DNA of 61,037 nucleotides from a virus (Duplodnaviria; Caudoviricetes): IMG/VR virus record IMGVR_UViG_3300020156_000441, positions 1 to 61,037 of that record; one strand, 5' to 3'. Shown piece by piece: positions 8,648 to 17,690 of this stretch (position 1 is its first letter; each line of letters starts with the position of its first letter). The notes under the pieces were generated by a model. It saw only the letters and a program-made list of their open reading frames with translations, ran no database searches and was not told where the DNA came from. The position numbers and the translations under genes were made by a program.

Positions 8648-8791
8648 GCGCCATTTGGGACGTCTGGGCGAGCTGCAATATGGCTCAGGTGCGTGCGCAC
8701 ATATCATCGTATGTTAAATGGTCTTTAGGACTGATTAACCGAGAAGGGGGTATTGAATGTCCCCGCATGCCATCCATCGTGCGGAGCCATT

Positions 8792-9865
8792 ATGACAGTC
8801 ATCGAAGCCGACGAAGCCGACGAAGCAGATGCGATCACTATTGATCGAATGATCTTCCACATCGTTGGAGCTGACCTCGCTGATCCTGACCTACTTGAAG
8901 AAATTGTGGATATCACACCTTATGCCGACTTTTTTATTGAGCGGCTAAAGTCGGCATTCCGTGGGTCTGCTTATCGCTTTAAGCACGCCTCGACTTTGCG
9001 CGACCGCGTGAGGGAAGCGTTGGATGACCCTGCCAAGTTCGTCTCCACTTCCCACACCGTGGCGCACCGCTTTCAGGAACTCTATTTGATTGATCGGCGC
9101 CTTTCCCCCGGTGCTGTTATGTTCTTCCTGTTCCGGCGGGGAGAAGAGCGACTGGCTGCGGTCATGAAGTTCGATGACACCCGCGTCATCGCCTATCGCA
9201 CCGAACTCCGTGCTGGAAGGAAGCACCCGATCCTTCAGGATCTGATGCACACCTTTGTCCAGGAGCGCACCGCCATGCAGAAGTCGGCGGTCATCGCCAT
9301 AGACGAGGATGGCGGGCGGTTGATCTGCACTGACCGGAATGGGCAGCACGGAGACCTGACGGACCGCTTCCGAGATTTTTTGGATGCGCGGCGCGAAATG
9401 TCGCATGCAGACATGACGAAGCGCCTTTTCAATGCCATCATGGCGACAGGAAAGGCATGCGCGGACGTACTGCCCAGGGAGGTGCGCAATCAACTTCGTG
9501 GCCGTGCTCGCCAAGCGTTGGACCAGATGCAGGGGTATGATCCCGAGCGTCGGGGCGAATTGGTAAATGCGGTGTTCGGCCCTCTTGACGAAGGGTCGAA
9601 AGTTCACGAAAAGTTCTCGTCGGAGCTTAAAAAGGCAAAGATCCGGGATGAGCCGATCCACTTCGACACGGCCCAGCTTCCGGCTGCCACGCGGCGCATC
9701 AAGGAGACCACCGAGGGCGTTCTGGTGGTCTACAAGGTCGAAGACGTGCAGGCTGGTACCATCCAATTCGCCGATGCTGCCGGCGGTCGGAAACGGATCA
9801 TTATCGAAACGGACGGCTATTTGATCGACGATGAGTTGGACGACAAGACTCGCATCCGCCGCTAG
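8792..9865 (+). CDS. Nucleoid-associated NdpA/YejK (NA37)-like protein, candidate defence gene
   Basis: RBS GGAG; IDRMIFHIV, PGAVMFF, AVMKFD and MQKSAVI resemble the NA37 family; lower GC than the flanks. Confidence 0.6.
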   Translation: MTVIEADEADEADAITIDRMIFHIVGADLADPDLLEEIVDITPYADFFIERLKSAFRGSAYRFKHASTLRDRVREALDDPAKFVSTSHTVAHRFQELYLIDRRLSPGAVMFFLFRRGEERLAAVMKFDDTRVIAYRTELRAGRKHPILQDLMHTFVQERTAMQKSAVIAIDEDGGRLICTDRNGQHGDLTDRFRDFLDARREMSHADMTKRLFNAIMATGKACADVLPREVRNQLRGRARQALDQMQGYDPERRGELVNAVFGPLDEGSKVHEKFSSELKKAKIRDEPIHFDTAQLPAATRRIKETTEGVLVVYKVEDVQAGTIQFADAAGGRKRIIIETDGYLIDDELDDKTRIRR

Positions 9866-11198
9866 GCGATTGGCCGCAGAAGGGGGCGCCTTCAACGAGA
9901 CCGCCGACGCGCTCGTTGCCAGCGGTCGCCTTGCCGAGGTCGAGCAGTTGATGGAATGGCATGCCTTGGCGGCCAGTGCCGCCGAGCATGACATGCTGTT
10001 GACGGTACGCGACGGGATTGGCGAAGCGCTCGATGCAGGCGCATCCTCGGATGAGATCACGCTTGGTCAGGAGGTGCGCGTTCGCGTATCGAAGGGGATA
10101 GGCCCCCTCGTCCGGTTCTTCACGTTCGAAGGGCTCTGTAATGGACTTACTTCTCCAGAGATTGTCCGTCGTGCTCGTTTGATCCTAGTTGCCGAGGATT
10201 TTGCGCCCTTCCGCACGCTTTCCTGCGAGTTTCGCCCTTGGGATGTCGAGGCGGACGTACTTCCTCCGCCAGATGACCCGTCCAAGGTGGAAGTCGATCC
10301 GAGAAAACTCGTCCGGGATTTGACGGGCCACTTGCTTCCCGCGTCAGTTGATTTCTGGCTGCTGGCCGGCACTCCGGAAGAGCCATCGCGTGTGCACGAC
10401 GCCTGGGTGCACGCGTCAGCGCGAGCTCTGCTCACCCTGCCTGCGGCCGAGCTTTGGCCCGACGGGCGTGACTGCAAGGTGATGTTAGCCGGGCCGCGCA
10501 AACGCACACTTCGTATGAATGTTGATGCGTTTGATCCGCGGGGCGCCCATGGTCAGCTAACGGACGCAGTCCGTTGGGTCTGCGACGTGCCGCGGGAAGC
10601 GGAAGTGCGGCACGCGCTACTGGTAAAGCGGTTGGCGACCGAATGGCCGTCCGATGATCCGGCGTGGGAAGAGGGGCTACCCCGCGTTCTAGGTGTTGCG
10701 CTGGAAGGTGCAAAAGCCGACTACAAGGCTCATCTTCACGAGAAGACGGCGGAAACCCTCAAGGCTCTTGGGGATCTGCGAAAGGCGCTGAACGAGGAAA
10801 CGTCGAAAGTCGTTGAGCGGACGCAAGGGCTGACAGCCGCGCTTTACCGCGACTTGGCGCTTGCTGTTGGTGCGTTGTCGGTCCGTATGCTGGCGTTATC
10901 CGGTGATGGTAAGGCATTGCCCGGTACGCGTTTGGTGGTTTGGGCAATGGCGATCTGGATGATGGCCAGTCTGTGGTTGAGCTTCAATACGAACCGACGC
11001 TTCCTGCGGCTTCAGTCGCGCATGCGCGCTTCATGGCATCGCCGTATCCATGCTGTTCTGTCGAGTCGCGATTTCAATGCGCTCGCGCGGCGTCCATTGA
11101 AAGAGGCCACGAAAGCATATCGTATAACGGCCCAATGGGTAGGGCTGATCTATGTGCTTATCGCTTTCGCGCTCTTTGTGTCGGGATTCATTCTGTAA
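9831..11198 (+). CDS. Hypothetical membrane protein with a C-terminal coiled coil and about 3 TM helices, candidate defence partner
   Basis: Overlaps the upstream gene; hydrophobic C-terminal segments (LALAVGALSV, LVVWAMAIWMMASLWL, WVGLIYVLIAFALFVSGFIL). Confidence 0.7.
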   Translation: MSWTTRLASAARRLAAEGGAFNETADALVASGRLAEVEQLMEWHALAASAAEHDMLLTVRDGIGEALDAGASSDEITLGQEVRVRVSKGIGPLVRFFTFEGLCNGLTSPEIVRRARLILVAEDFAPFRTLSCEFRPWDVEADVLPPPDDPSKVEVDPRKLVRDLTGHLLPASVDFWLLAGTPEEPSRVHDAWVHASARALLTLPAAELWPDGRDCKVMLAGPRKRTLRMNVDAFDPRGAHGQLTDAVRWVCDVPREAEVRHALLVKRLATEWPSDDPAWEEGLPRVLGVALEGAKADYKAHLHEKTAETLKALGDLRKALNEETSKVVERTQGLTAALYRDLALAVGALSVRMLALSGDGKALPGTRLVVWAMAIWMMASLWLSFNTNRRFLRLQSRMRASWHRRIHAVLSSRDFNALARRPLKEATKAYRITAQWVGLIYVLIAFALFVSGFIL

Positions 11199-11211
11199 GG
11201 CTCTTCTCACG

Positions 11212-12360
11212 TCATCGTCCGAGCGCCACCACATTGTTTAGGGTCGGCTCGACCATGGCCGATGCCAGCTTGGTATACGCCGCCATCGCCAGCTTCTTCG
11301 TGCGTGCCTGATAGTCGCGCAGGCTGGTCGATGACTTGTTGGCGTGGCCGGAAATGGAACTGACCTCGGCGTCGGTGCAGCCGGCCTCGTACAGACGGGT
11401 GATCAGCGTACCGCGCAGGTCGTGCCAGTGCAGGTCCACGTCCTCACCCAACACGGCGTCGCGCAGGCTGCGCCACGCGTAGTCCACGTTGCCCGGCTCC
11501 AATGGCCGGTAGCCGCGTTCACCATCCCACGGCAGCAGGCGACCCGCGCAGTCGGGCAGGGCGAGGAGTTCGTCCATCAGCTCCTTGAGTGGCGGCAGCA
11601 GGAAGACCGGCAGCCACACCTGGGCGCCGGTGGACTTCCTGGTCTTCGACGGAATCACGTGCAGCCAACCGTCGCGGTACTGGTCGCGCCGGAGGTCGCA
11701 CATGTCGCCACGCCGCAGGCCGGTGAGCAGGGAGAAGCGCATGGCACGCTGCATGTGCGGCCCCGCGGCAGCCAGAAGCGCGGCTTCCTGTTCGGGCAGC
11801 ATGATGATGTCCTTGCGGGTGCCGTGGCCGGTAAGGCGCTTGATGCGGGCGGCGTGGTTCACGTCCACCATGCCGCGGTCATACGCGAACTGGAGCAGCA
11901 ACGACAGCAGGCCCATCATCTTGTCGGCCTTGGCCGGCGTGTCGGCCAGCTCGTCGCGCCAACCGTAGAAATCCTCGCGCACGCGGCGCCGGCCGAGGTC
12001 GGCGAAGGTCTGGAAGCCGAACTTGTCGATCACCTCTCCGATCATGCGGTCACGGTCGTGCCGTGTGCGCGGGACAAGGGTCTTGTATTCCGGGCTCTCC
12101 TGATAGGCTTTAGCGATGACCTTCCAGGCGCCTTCCGGCTTCTTCGCTTTGGATCGGCGCGGCCGGCCGGCGCGGCGGGCGCGCCGCAGGTTGGCATCGA
12201 ACTCGGCCGAACCCGGTTCACCTTCGATCTTCTGCCCGCTGATCCGGTCGTAGTGGTAGACGCGGACGGTGCCGTCAGCGAGCGTGCGCTTGACGGTGTT
12301 GATGCCCTTTGGCTTTGCGCTTGGCTTCGTGCTCGGTCCGCCGCCGCTCATAGTCGTCAT
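11212..12360 (-). CDS. int: Tyrosine integrase
   Basis: N-terminal arm-binding region, LLTGLRRGD, HDLRGT, ISGH and the catalytic Tyr (LRDYQ). Confidence 0.95.
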   Translation of the reverse strand: MTTMSGGGPSTKPSAKPKGINTVKRTLADGTVRVYHYDRISGQKIEGEPGSAEFDANLRRARRAGRPRRSKAKKPEGAWKVIAKAYQESPEYKTLVPRTRHDRDRMIGEVIDKFGFQTFADLGRRRVREDFYGWRDELADTPAKADKMMGLLSLLLQFAYDRGMVDVNHAARIKRLTGHGTRKDIIMLPEQEAALLAAAGPHMQRAMRFSLLTGLRRGDMCDLRRDQYRDGWLHVIPSKTRKSTGAQVWLPVFLLPPLKELMDELLALPDCAGRLLPWDGERGYRPLEPGNVDYAWRSLRDAVLGEDVDLHWHDLRGTLITRLYEAGCTDAEVSSISGHANKSSTSLRDYQARTKKLAMAAYTKLASAMVEPTLNNVVALGR

Positions 12361-12601
12361 CCTCCGCCGTCTGAATCAGCGACGCGAACGGGCCGTTGTC
12401 AACCGCCCGGTCGAGGGCGACGCGGTCCCACGTGATGCGTCCCTCCTTTTTGCCGCGGCGAACCCCCGGCGGCCAGACCCCGGCGGCAACCTCGTCGTCG
12501 AAAGTGGATGCCGAAACGCCGAGATAGGCGGCGGCCTGCTCGCGGCTGAGGAAGCGCGGCCAAAATGGTAAACCGGCGAGGTCGGCGAGGCTGGCAGCCA
12601 T
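12275..12601 (-). CDS. xis: Excisionase-like HTH protein
   Basis: PRFLSREQAAAYLGVSASTFD...WDRVALD; overlaps the int start. Confidence 0.75.
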   Translation of the reverse strand: MAASLADLAGLPFWPRFLSREQAAAYLGVSASTFDDEVAAGVWPPGVRRGKKEGRITWDRVALDRAVDNGPFASLIQTAEDDDYERRRTEHEAKRKAKGHQHRQAHAR

Positions 12602-12606
12602 GTCCG

Positions 12607-13071
12607 TCAGTCTCCGTCGCTCCATGCGGTCATGACCGCATCGGAAAGAAGCGCCAGCACGGCAGCGGCAGCGGCGAGGTTCATGCCGGCGGCGGTCCTG
12701 GGCGAACCGAGAACGGCCAGTGTGGCGGCGTCAATGGTGCGGGCTTCCCATACCATCGACCGACCCAGCTCCGGCACCGGGCGTACCGCCAGCTCGACGC
12801 CGGCCGGCAGGGCGGCGCGCAGTGCGCGCAGGTCGCCATCGTGGCGGGTGTAGGCCGGCGCGGTGGCGTACAGCTTGCGCGCGATGGGGGCCGGCCAGTT
12901 CGGCAGCAGCGGCGCAGCACGAAGGAGCAGCCGGTGCACGCGTTGGTCGAGGTCCGGGCCGCCGGTGCTCCGCTGGGCGGCTTCGTGGGCGGCGTTGCCG
13001 AGTTCTAGCACAAGGCCCCACGCGGATCCGGTGGCGACCTGTCGCGTGGTAGTGTCTTGCAGGGCGAGCAT
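12607..13071 (-). CDS. Hypothetical phage protein
   Basis: RBS AGGAG, ATG at 13071, co-oriented with the left operon. Confidence 0.55.
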   Translation of the reverse strand: MLALQDTTTRQVATGSAWGLVLELGNAAHEAAQRSTGGPDLDQRVHRLLLRAAPLLPNWPAPIARKLYATAPAYTRHDGDLRALRAALPAGVELAVRPVPELGRSMVWEARTIDAATLAVLGSPRTAAGMNLAAAAAVLALLSDAVMTAWSDGD

Positions 13072-13085
13072 GTCGTCTGTCGCTC

Positions 13086-13502
13086 CTAAAGGCTGGATTT
13101 CTGCGGCGGCAGCTCGCGTGTGCCGCGGTGGGGATTGAAGATCCGGGGGCGGTAGGTGCGGCCGGCTTCGCGATCCTCGGCCCGCCAGTCGCGCACGAGG
13201 GCGCAGAGGGCGCTGATCAGCGACCAGCGCCGCCGGGCACGCCATTCCATGAGCAGTTCATAGGCGGCGAGGCCGCGCACCATGGCCCGGTTGTTCCATG
13301 CCTTCTTGCAGGTGTCCGAGCAGAACTCCTGTTGCAGGTGGCGGGGCGTGTACTGCTTCCCGCATTCGCGGCAGGGGCACGCCGGATAGCTGGTGCGCAC
13401 CGTCCGTGCCCGCGCCGGGCTTCCGGCGGTCTCCGTGCCATCCTGCACAGAGCGACTAGTCGCTTTGTCGTCGGGCTGAGGGGCGGCGGGCGCGTCGGTC
13501 AT
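13086..13502 (-). CDS. Zinc-finger phage protein
   Basis: CRECG...FCSDTCKKAWNN motif; start overlaps the upstream stop. Confidence 0.65.
   Translation of the reverse strand: MTDAPAAPQPDDKATSRSVQDGTETAGSPARARTVRTSYPACPCRECGKQYTPRHLQQEFCSDTCKKAWNNRAMVRGLAAYELLMEWRARRRWSLISALCALVRDWRAEDREAGRTYRPRIFNPHRGTRELPPQKSSL
13442..13468. promoter_or_regulatory. Palindrome AGCGACTAGTCGCT, copy 1
   Basis: Matches 21885-21907 at 22 of 23 bp. Confidence 0.5.
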
Positions 13503-13882
13503 GACACCCTCAGGCGGACGTTGCGGTAGTGCATGACGCCGGACTTCATCGAGCGCAGGCGCTTGCTCATGGCGCGGCCGAAGGCGTTGCGTGTCTCCGG
13601 CTCCATCCCCCGTTCGGCGCACCAGGAGCGGTATGCCGCCCACAGCGCGTCGGAGCGCAGGCGTGCCCCTGGCGAGGGCTCGGTGCACCCGGCAAGGAAA
13701 GCGTCGGTCCAGTCCGTCTCGACCGGGGACGCGGCGTTCAGCGACGGCAGCGGCGAGAGCAGCCACAGGCGGCGGGCGGCGTCGCGTCCGCCGATGGCTC
13801 GGGCCTCGCGGATGATGTCGATCCACAGGCGCAGCTCGTCCTGCGCGTCGGAACGGGCCGGCGCCGGGGTGGGCTCGGTCAT
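13499..13882 (-). CDS. Stand-alone primase/D5-type C-terminal winged-helix DNA-binding protein
   Basis: DAFL...LWAAYRSWC..RGMEP....FGR...KSG.MH aligns with the C-terminus of the helicase at 21933-23609. Confidence 0.65.
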   Translation of the reverse strand: MTEPTPAPARSDAQDELRLWIDIIREARAIGGRDAARRLWLLSPLPSLNAASPVETDWTDAFLAGCTEPSPGARLRSDALWAAYRSWCAERGMEPETRNAFGRAMSKRLRSMKSGVMHYRNVRLRVS

Positions 13883-14075
13883 GATCGTCTCGGGTGCGGT
13901 GCCGGTTGGGTGCATGCGGCCAGCCGGGCACTGGCCGCATGCTCTCGACACGGGACACTCGCTTGATTGCCGGGAATGCGCCCGGCGCGCTCACCGCCTG
14001 CGGCGGCTACCGGAAGGGGCGATGCCAAGTCCCCTCGGGCAGCCGTCGCCGGGGCCGAAGCCCCGGCGGTGGTGC

Positions 14076-14285
14076 TCAGGCAGCGGCCGACTCGCGCGTG
14101 CCGAGGCGCTCGGCAGCAAGGTCGCGGGCAGCGGCGAGGTGCGCCTTGATGTCGTCGCGGGTGAAACGGCGCGACAGGTCGGCCTCGGTGCAAGTGCCGA
14201 ACGCCTCGGTCACCTCGACGATGAAGCCGGCCATGCGGCGGACAATGAGGGGGTGCTTGGTGGCGGCGGTGGACGGATGGCGCAT
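14076..14285 (-). CDS. Small hypothetical phage protein
   Basis: 69 aa, first gene downstream of the leftward operator region. Confidence 0.5.
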   Translation of the reverse strand: MRHPSTAATKHPLIVRRMAGFIVEVTEAFGTCTEADLSRRFTRDDIKAHLAAARDLAAERLGTRESAAA

Positions 14286-14397
14286 GCGATGACCCCTGGG
14301 AAAGAACCCGCCGGGCGGGCCGCGCCCGGCGGGCAGTTTTGGGAGGGACGCACCCACATGAGGTACACCATACCTCGTTCGGGCGCCGATCAAATAT

Positions 14398-14444
14398 ATG
14401 CGCATACGCATAAAGAGCGTCAACGAAAAAATGCGGAGGCGCAT
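14398..14444. promoter_or_regulatory. OL-like operators ATGCG-N4-CGCAT (2 copies)
   Basis: Perfect palindromes at 14398-14411 and 14431-14444. Confidence 0.75.
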
Positions 14445-14488
14445 AGACGCTCCGCTGGCGATGCGTGTTTATGCGTGCGGCGAGGTGC

Positions 14489-15157
14489 TCAGCGGCGGAA
14501 AAAGTGCCGGTACGACCCGATCACGAGCGAGGTGATGATGACGCTGTCAACGTCGTCTTCCTGCCCGTCGTGCGGGCGGATTGGCTGCTGAAAGGCCGGG
14601 TGATCCGACTCCGGCATCAGCCACGGTTCACCTTCGTGCAAGACGAATTTCTTGACCGTCGCCTCGATAAAGCCGTCGTGGCGGTGCCGCTCGACGACGA
14701 CATAGTCGCCGGGCTGCGGGTCGGTTCCGAGTTCCTCGAACCGCACGCATTCGACGACGCTGCCTTCTGGAAAAACTCTGTTCATGGAAGGCCCGCGCAC
14801 TTCCAAGCCGTAGCGCTTAACGTTTGGGAACTGAGGATGCGGCGGAAGGGAAACCGAATACCACTCGTCGCTCACCCACTCCACGGCTTCCACCCAATGA
14901 CCGGCCTGCACAGCGCCCATCACGAATACGGGCCGCAACGTTAACTCTTCGTTGACCCGCTCACCATAGGCGAACTGCTGCGGTGTTTCGCCGGCCAGCT
15001 CGGCAAGGGCGACGATCTGGTCGAACTCCGGTTCCTGTGTGCCCTTTTCCCAGCGGCTCACTGTCGATTGAGACACGCCGAGCAGCTCCGCGAACTCGTG
15101 TTGGTTGAGTCCGCGCGACTTGCGCAATCGCTTGATCCGGGCTGGGAGCTGGCTCAT
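14489..15157 (-). CDS. cI: CI-like prophage repressor (HTH plus S24 peptidase)
   Basis: XRE HTH (LNQHEFAELLGVSQSTVSRWE), VQAG, GPSMN and ATVKK. Confidence 0.9.
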   Translation of the reverse strand: MSQLPARIKRLRKSRGLNQHEFAELLGVSQSTVSRWEKGTQEPEFDQIVALAELAGETPQQFAYGERVNEELTLRPVFVMGAVQAGHWVEAVEWVSDEWYSVSLPPHPQFPNVKRYGLEVRGPSMNRVFPEGSVVECVRFEELGTDPQPGDYVVVERHRHDGFIEATVKKFVLHEGEPWLMPESDHPAFQQPIRPHDGQEDDVDSVIITSLVIGSYRHFFRR

Positions 15158-15169
15158 GGCAATCGGATT

Positions 15170-15249
15170 ATGCGTGGTCGGATGGCAAGGCAAATGCGGA
15201 TGCGCATAATCGGTTGAGTTACCCCTTGCGATGTTATGCGTATGCGCAT
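15170..15249. promoter_or_regulatory. OR-like operators ATGCG-N4-CGCAT (3 copies)
   Basis: 15194-15207 and 15236-15249 are perfect; 15170-15183 has one mismatch; all lie between the divergent cI and cro. Confidence 0.75.
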
Positions 15250-15262
15250 AAATTCAGAGCCC

Positions 15263-15499
15263 ATGAACGCCATCCGCTATATCCGCAAGACGGTGCTTGG
15301 CCTGTCGCAAGGCGAACTGGCCCGGATTGCCGGCACCACGCAGACCACCGTCAGCCGGTGGGAGCGGGGAGAACTGGAGCCCTCGCATGGGGAGATGGCC
15401 GCCATCCGGCGGCACGCCATCGAGAAGGGCACCACCTGGAACGACGCTTGGTTCTTCGAAGCGCCGGACGACCGAACGGTCGCCGCGGACGCGGCTTAG
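15263..15499 (+). CDS. cro: Cro-like HTH regulator
   Basis: LSQGELARIAGTTQTTVSRWE; divergent from cI. Confidence 0.8.
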   Translation: MNAIRYIRKTVLGLSQGELARIAGTTQTTVSRWERGELEPSHGEMAAIRRHAIEKGTTWNDAWFFEAPDDRTVAADAA

Positions 15500-15717
15500 G
15501 GAGGCATGACGATGTGTGCATCGGCCTGCCTGCCCACCCTCCGTGCTGCCTACCGGCAAGACTGTGCCAAGCGCATCGCCCGACAGGGGTGGTGCCCCAC
15601 CGCCGCCGCCGCCCATCAAGCGTGGGTTGACATGCGGTGGAGCGCCCGGCCTTGGCCGCCCGCCATCGAGGCGGCCTTCTTGCTGGCGGCCATAGAGCGG
15701 CCGTCCGGCAGCTTCGA

Positions 15718-15969
15718 TCAGCCTTCGGAAGGGTCGGACACGGCTTGCCCCCTGCGGAACATGAAGATGGCCGCATTGACGGTGCGTTGCCCCTGCAAGC
15801 GCGCCTGCGGTGACAGGGTCTGCGCGGTCTCCCGCAGCTTTGCTTCCACCTCGTCGGGCGGCAGCCCGGCGGCGACCAGACCGCGCGCCAAGGTGGCGCA
15901 AAGCGCTGTCAGCGCGGTGATTTCGTATTGCATCCGCGTCAGCGCGGCTGCGTTTGAATCTCGGTTCAT
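15718..15969 (-). CDS. Small helical hypothetical protein, paralog A
   Basis: RBS GGAG; contains ITALTALCATLAR, shared with 16261-16560. Confidence 0.6.
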   Translation of the reverse strand: MNRDSNAAALTRMQYEITALTALCATLARGLVAAGLPPDEVEAKLRETAQTLSPQARLQGQRTVNAAIFMFRRGQAVSDPSEG

Positions 15970-16260
15970 GAGGACGCTCCATCGTCTGTTGGGGAACGGC
16001 GATGGTAGCGCGCGCGGGCGGAGTCGTCACGGCTCCGCCCGCAACCGCCGCGCGCGGGAGGCGTGACATGGGGCGCCGACTCCGCATCCTCCTCGGCCGC
16101 GTGCTGCTGTGGTTCATCGATGCCGCGCAGGCGGAATGCCGGTGCGCGCCGCAAAGCCTGCTAACGCCCCTATCCGAGTCGCAGGGTGCGGAACGTTTTG
16201 CCGCAGCCTTGGCCGCACTGTCCAAGCCGGGAACTGCTGCCCTTGCCGGCTTGCGGGGGA

Positions 16261-16560
16261 TCAATGCGCCGTCGGCGTCTCGTGAGCCCGCAGCATCGCA
16301 AGGACCGTGTCTATGACCGCCGCGGCATGTTCCCGTCCATGGGCGGGCAAACACCGCACTGTGTCGTCGATGGCGGCCTCGACCCTGTCGATGCTCGTGT
16401 GGTCCGTCGCAACGGTGCGCGCTGCTACTTCGCGCGCCAGCACGGCGCACAGCGCCGTCAGCGCTGAGATCTGCGCGCCCAGTTGGTTTCCCATGGCCTC
16501 CATGGCTGCTGCCAGTTGCGCGCCCTCGCGCGACAGCGCGCCCGGTTCGTCTTCCGCCAT
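16261..16560 (-). CDS. Small helical hypothetical protein, paralog B
   Basis: RBS GGAG; contains ISALTALCAVLAR. Confidence 0.6.
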   Translation of the reverse strand: MAEDEPGALSREGAQLAAAMEAMGNQLGAQISALTALCAVLAREVAARTVATDHTSIDRVEAAIDDTVRCLPAHGREHAAAVIDTVLAMLRAHETPTAH

Positions 16561-16624
16561 CGCTTGGCTCCGTCGTCGGTCTGTGCTCGGCGGCGATGTT
16601 AGCCGCTGTCCGCGGTGACGCGCC

Positions 16625-16834
16625 ATGCCGCCGAAGCTCGCCGCCATGCTCGCCCCCTTCGGAACGGACCCGGCGCACCGCGTCGGCCTTGGCCTCGCCG
16701 TGCTGGCGGTGCTGGTGCCGGTCGCCCTGTGGCTGCTGGCCGTGCTGTGCGGGGTTGTGAGCGGTCATGGGGAAAACCTACCGCCGCGAGAGCCGGCGGT
16801 CTTGTTCAATCGCGACACGGGAATCGGACAATGA
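16625..16834 (+). CDS. Small membrane protein
   Basis: Single hydrophobic segment; its stop overlaps the next ATG. Confidence 0.4.
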   Translation: MPPKLAAMLAPFGTDPAHRVGLGLAVLAVLVPVALWLLAVLCGVVSGHGENLPPREPAVLFNRDTGIGQ

Positions 16835-17313
16835 CCAAGCGCCGCGCGCCGGACAGCATCGAAGACGCGGTCACGCAGGCCCTCGCCATCCTGGGCGACG
16901 CCGGGGCATCGGCCGCGACCGGCAAGAGCGCTCGCCTCGTGCGTCAGTGGGGCGACCCCGACGCGGACGCGCACCAGATTCAACATCAACAGGCGCTGCG
17001 CCTTGACCTCGCGTGCATCGCCGAGGGCGAGGCCCCGCCGTTCCACACCCACTTCGCGGAGCAGATCCGCCGGGCCACACAGAAGGCCGGCGGCACGCTC
17101 CACCCCGTCGAGCGGCTGGCCGAGGTGATGGCCGAGGTGGGCGACGTGGCCGCCGCGGTGCGGGCCGGCCTGTTGCCGAGCAGCCCGGGCGGTTCGCGCT
17201 TCACGCACGACGAGGCGGCGACCCTGCGCCGCGAGCTGGCCGAGTTGCGCGCCGTGCTCGACTGCCTCGACGCGGATGTTGTGGCGGCCCTGACCTCTGC
17301 GGCGGGGGCCTAG
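16831..17313 (+). CDS. CII-like phage regulatory protein
   Basis: Position after cro; C-terminal EVGDV...SPGG...T..E..LRREL pattern. Confidence 0.55.
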   Translation: MTKRRAPDSIEDAVTQALAILGDAGASAATGKSARLVRQWGDPDADAHQIQHQQALRLDLACIAEGEAPPFHTHFAEQIRRATQKAGGTLHPVERLAEVMAEVGDVAAAVRAGLLPSSPGGSRFTHDEAATLRRELAELRAVLDCLDADVVAALTSAAGA

Positions 17314-17315
17314 CC

Positions 17316-17690
17316 ATGGCCTGCGGAGAAGACCGCGACCTGTCGCCCGCCATGGGGCTGGCGGTCGCCGCCGGGATGCTGCGGCTCTCCGGCTCCGGCC
17401 CGGCCGAGCGCGAAAAGCTGCTGCGGCGCATCGCCGAGGCCAAGGCCGCCGGGCTCACCGGTGCCGCGCAGGAACTGCTCGCGGCGTCCGAGGGCTATCT
17501 CGCCGGCACCGTGCCCATGCAGGCGCTGAGCGACGTGTTGGACCGCTTCTGCACCCCCTTCATCGCCGCGCGCTGCTCGCCCGGTCGCGGGCGTCCACCC
17601 GCCCGGCCGATTCCGCCCGGCACCACCCATGCGGCCCGCGTCGCCGAGGCCGTCGATCCTCTCGACCTCTACGGGGAGCACAGATCATGA
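17316..17690 (+). CDS. Hypothetical phage protein
   Basis: Fills the operon; overlaps the next gene (ATGA). Confidence 0.55.
   Translation: MACGEDRDLSPAMGLAVAAGMLRLSGSGPAEREKLLRRIAEAKAAGLTGAAQELLAASEGYLAGTVPMQALSDVLDRFCTPFIAARCSPGRGRPPARPIPPGTTHAARVAEAVDPLDLYGEHRS

Noticed and set aside
8714-8740. CtrA-like box TTAA-N7-TTAG upstream of the cargo genes
   Set aside because: Imperfect match in an AT-rich stretch; could be chance.
15506-16316. Plus-strand ORFs 15506-16066 and 16068-16316
   Set aside because: They have RBS-like sequences but overlap better-supported antisense paralogues and show no motifs; left unresolved.
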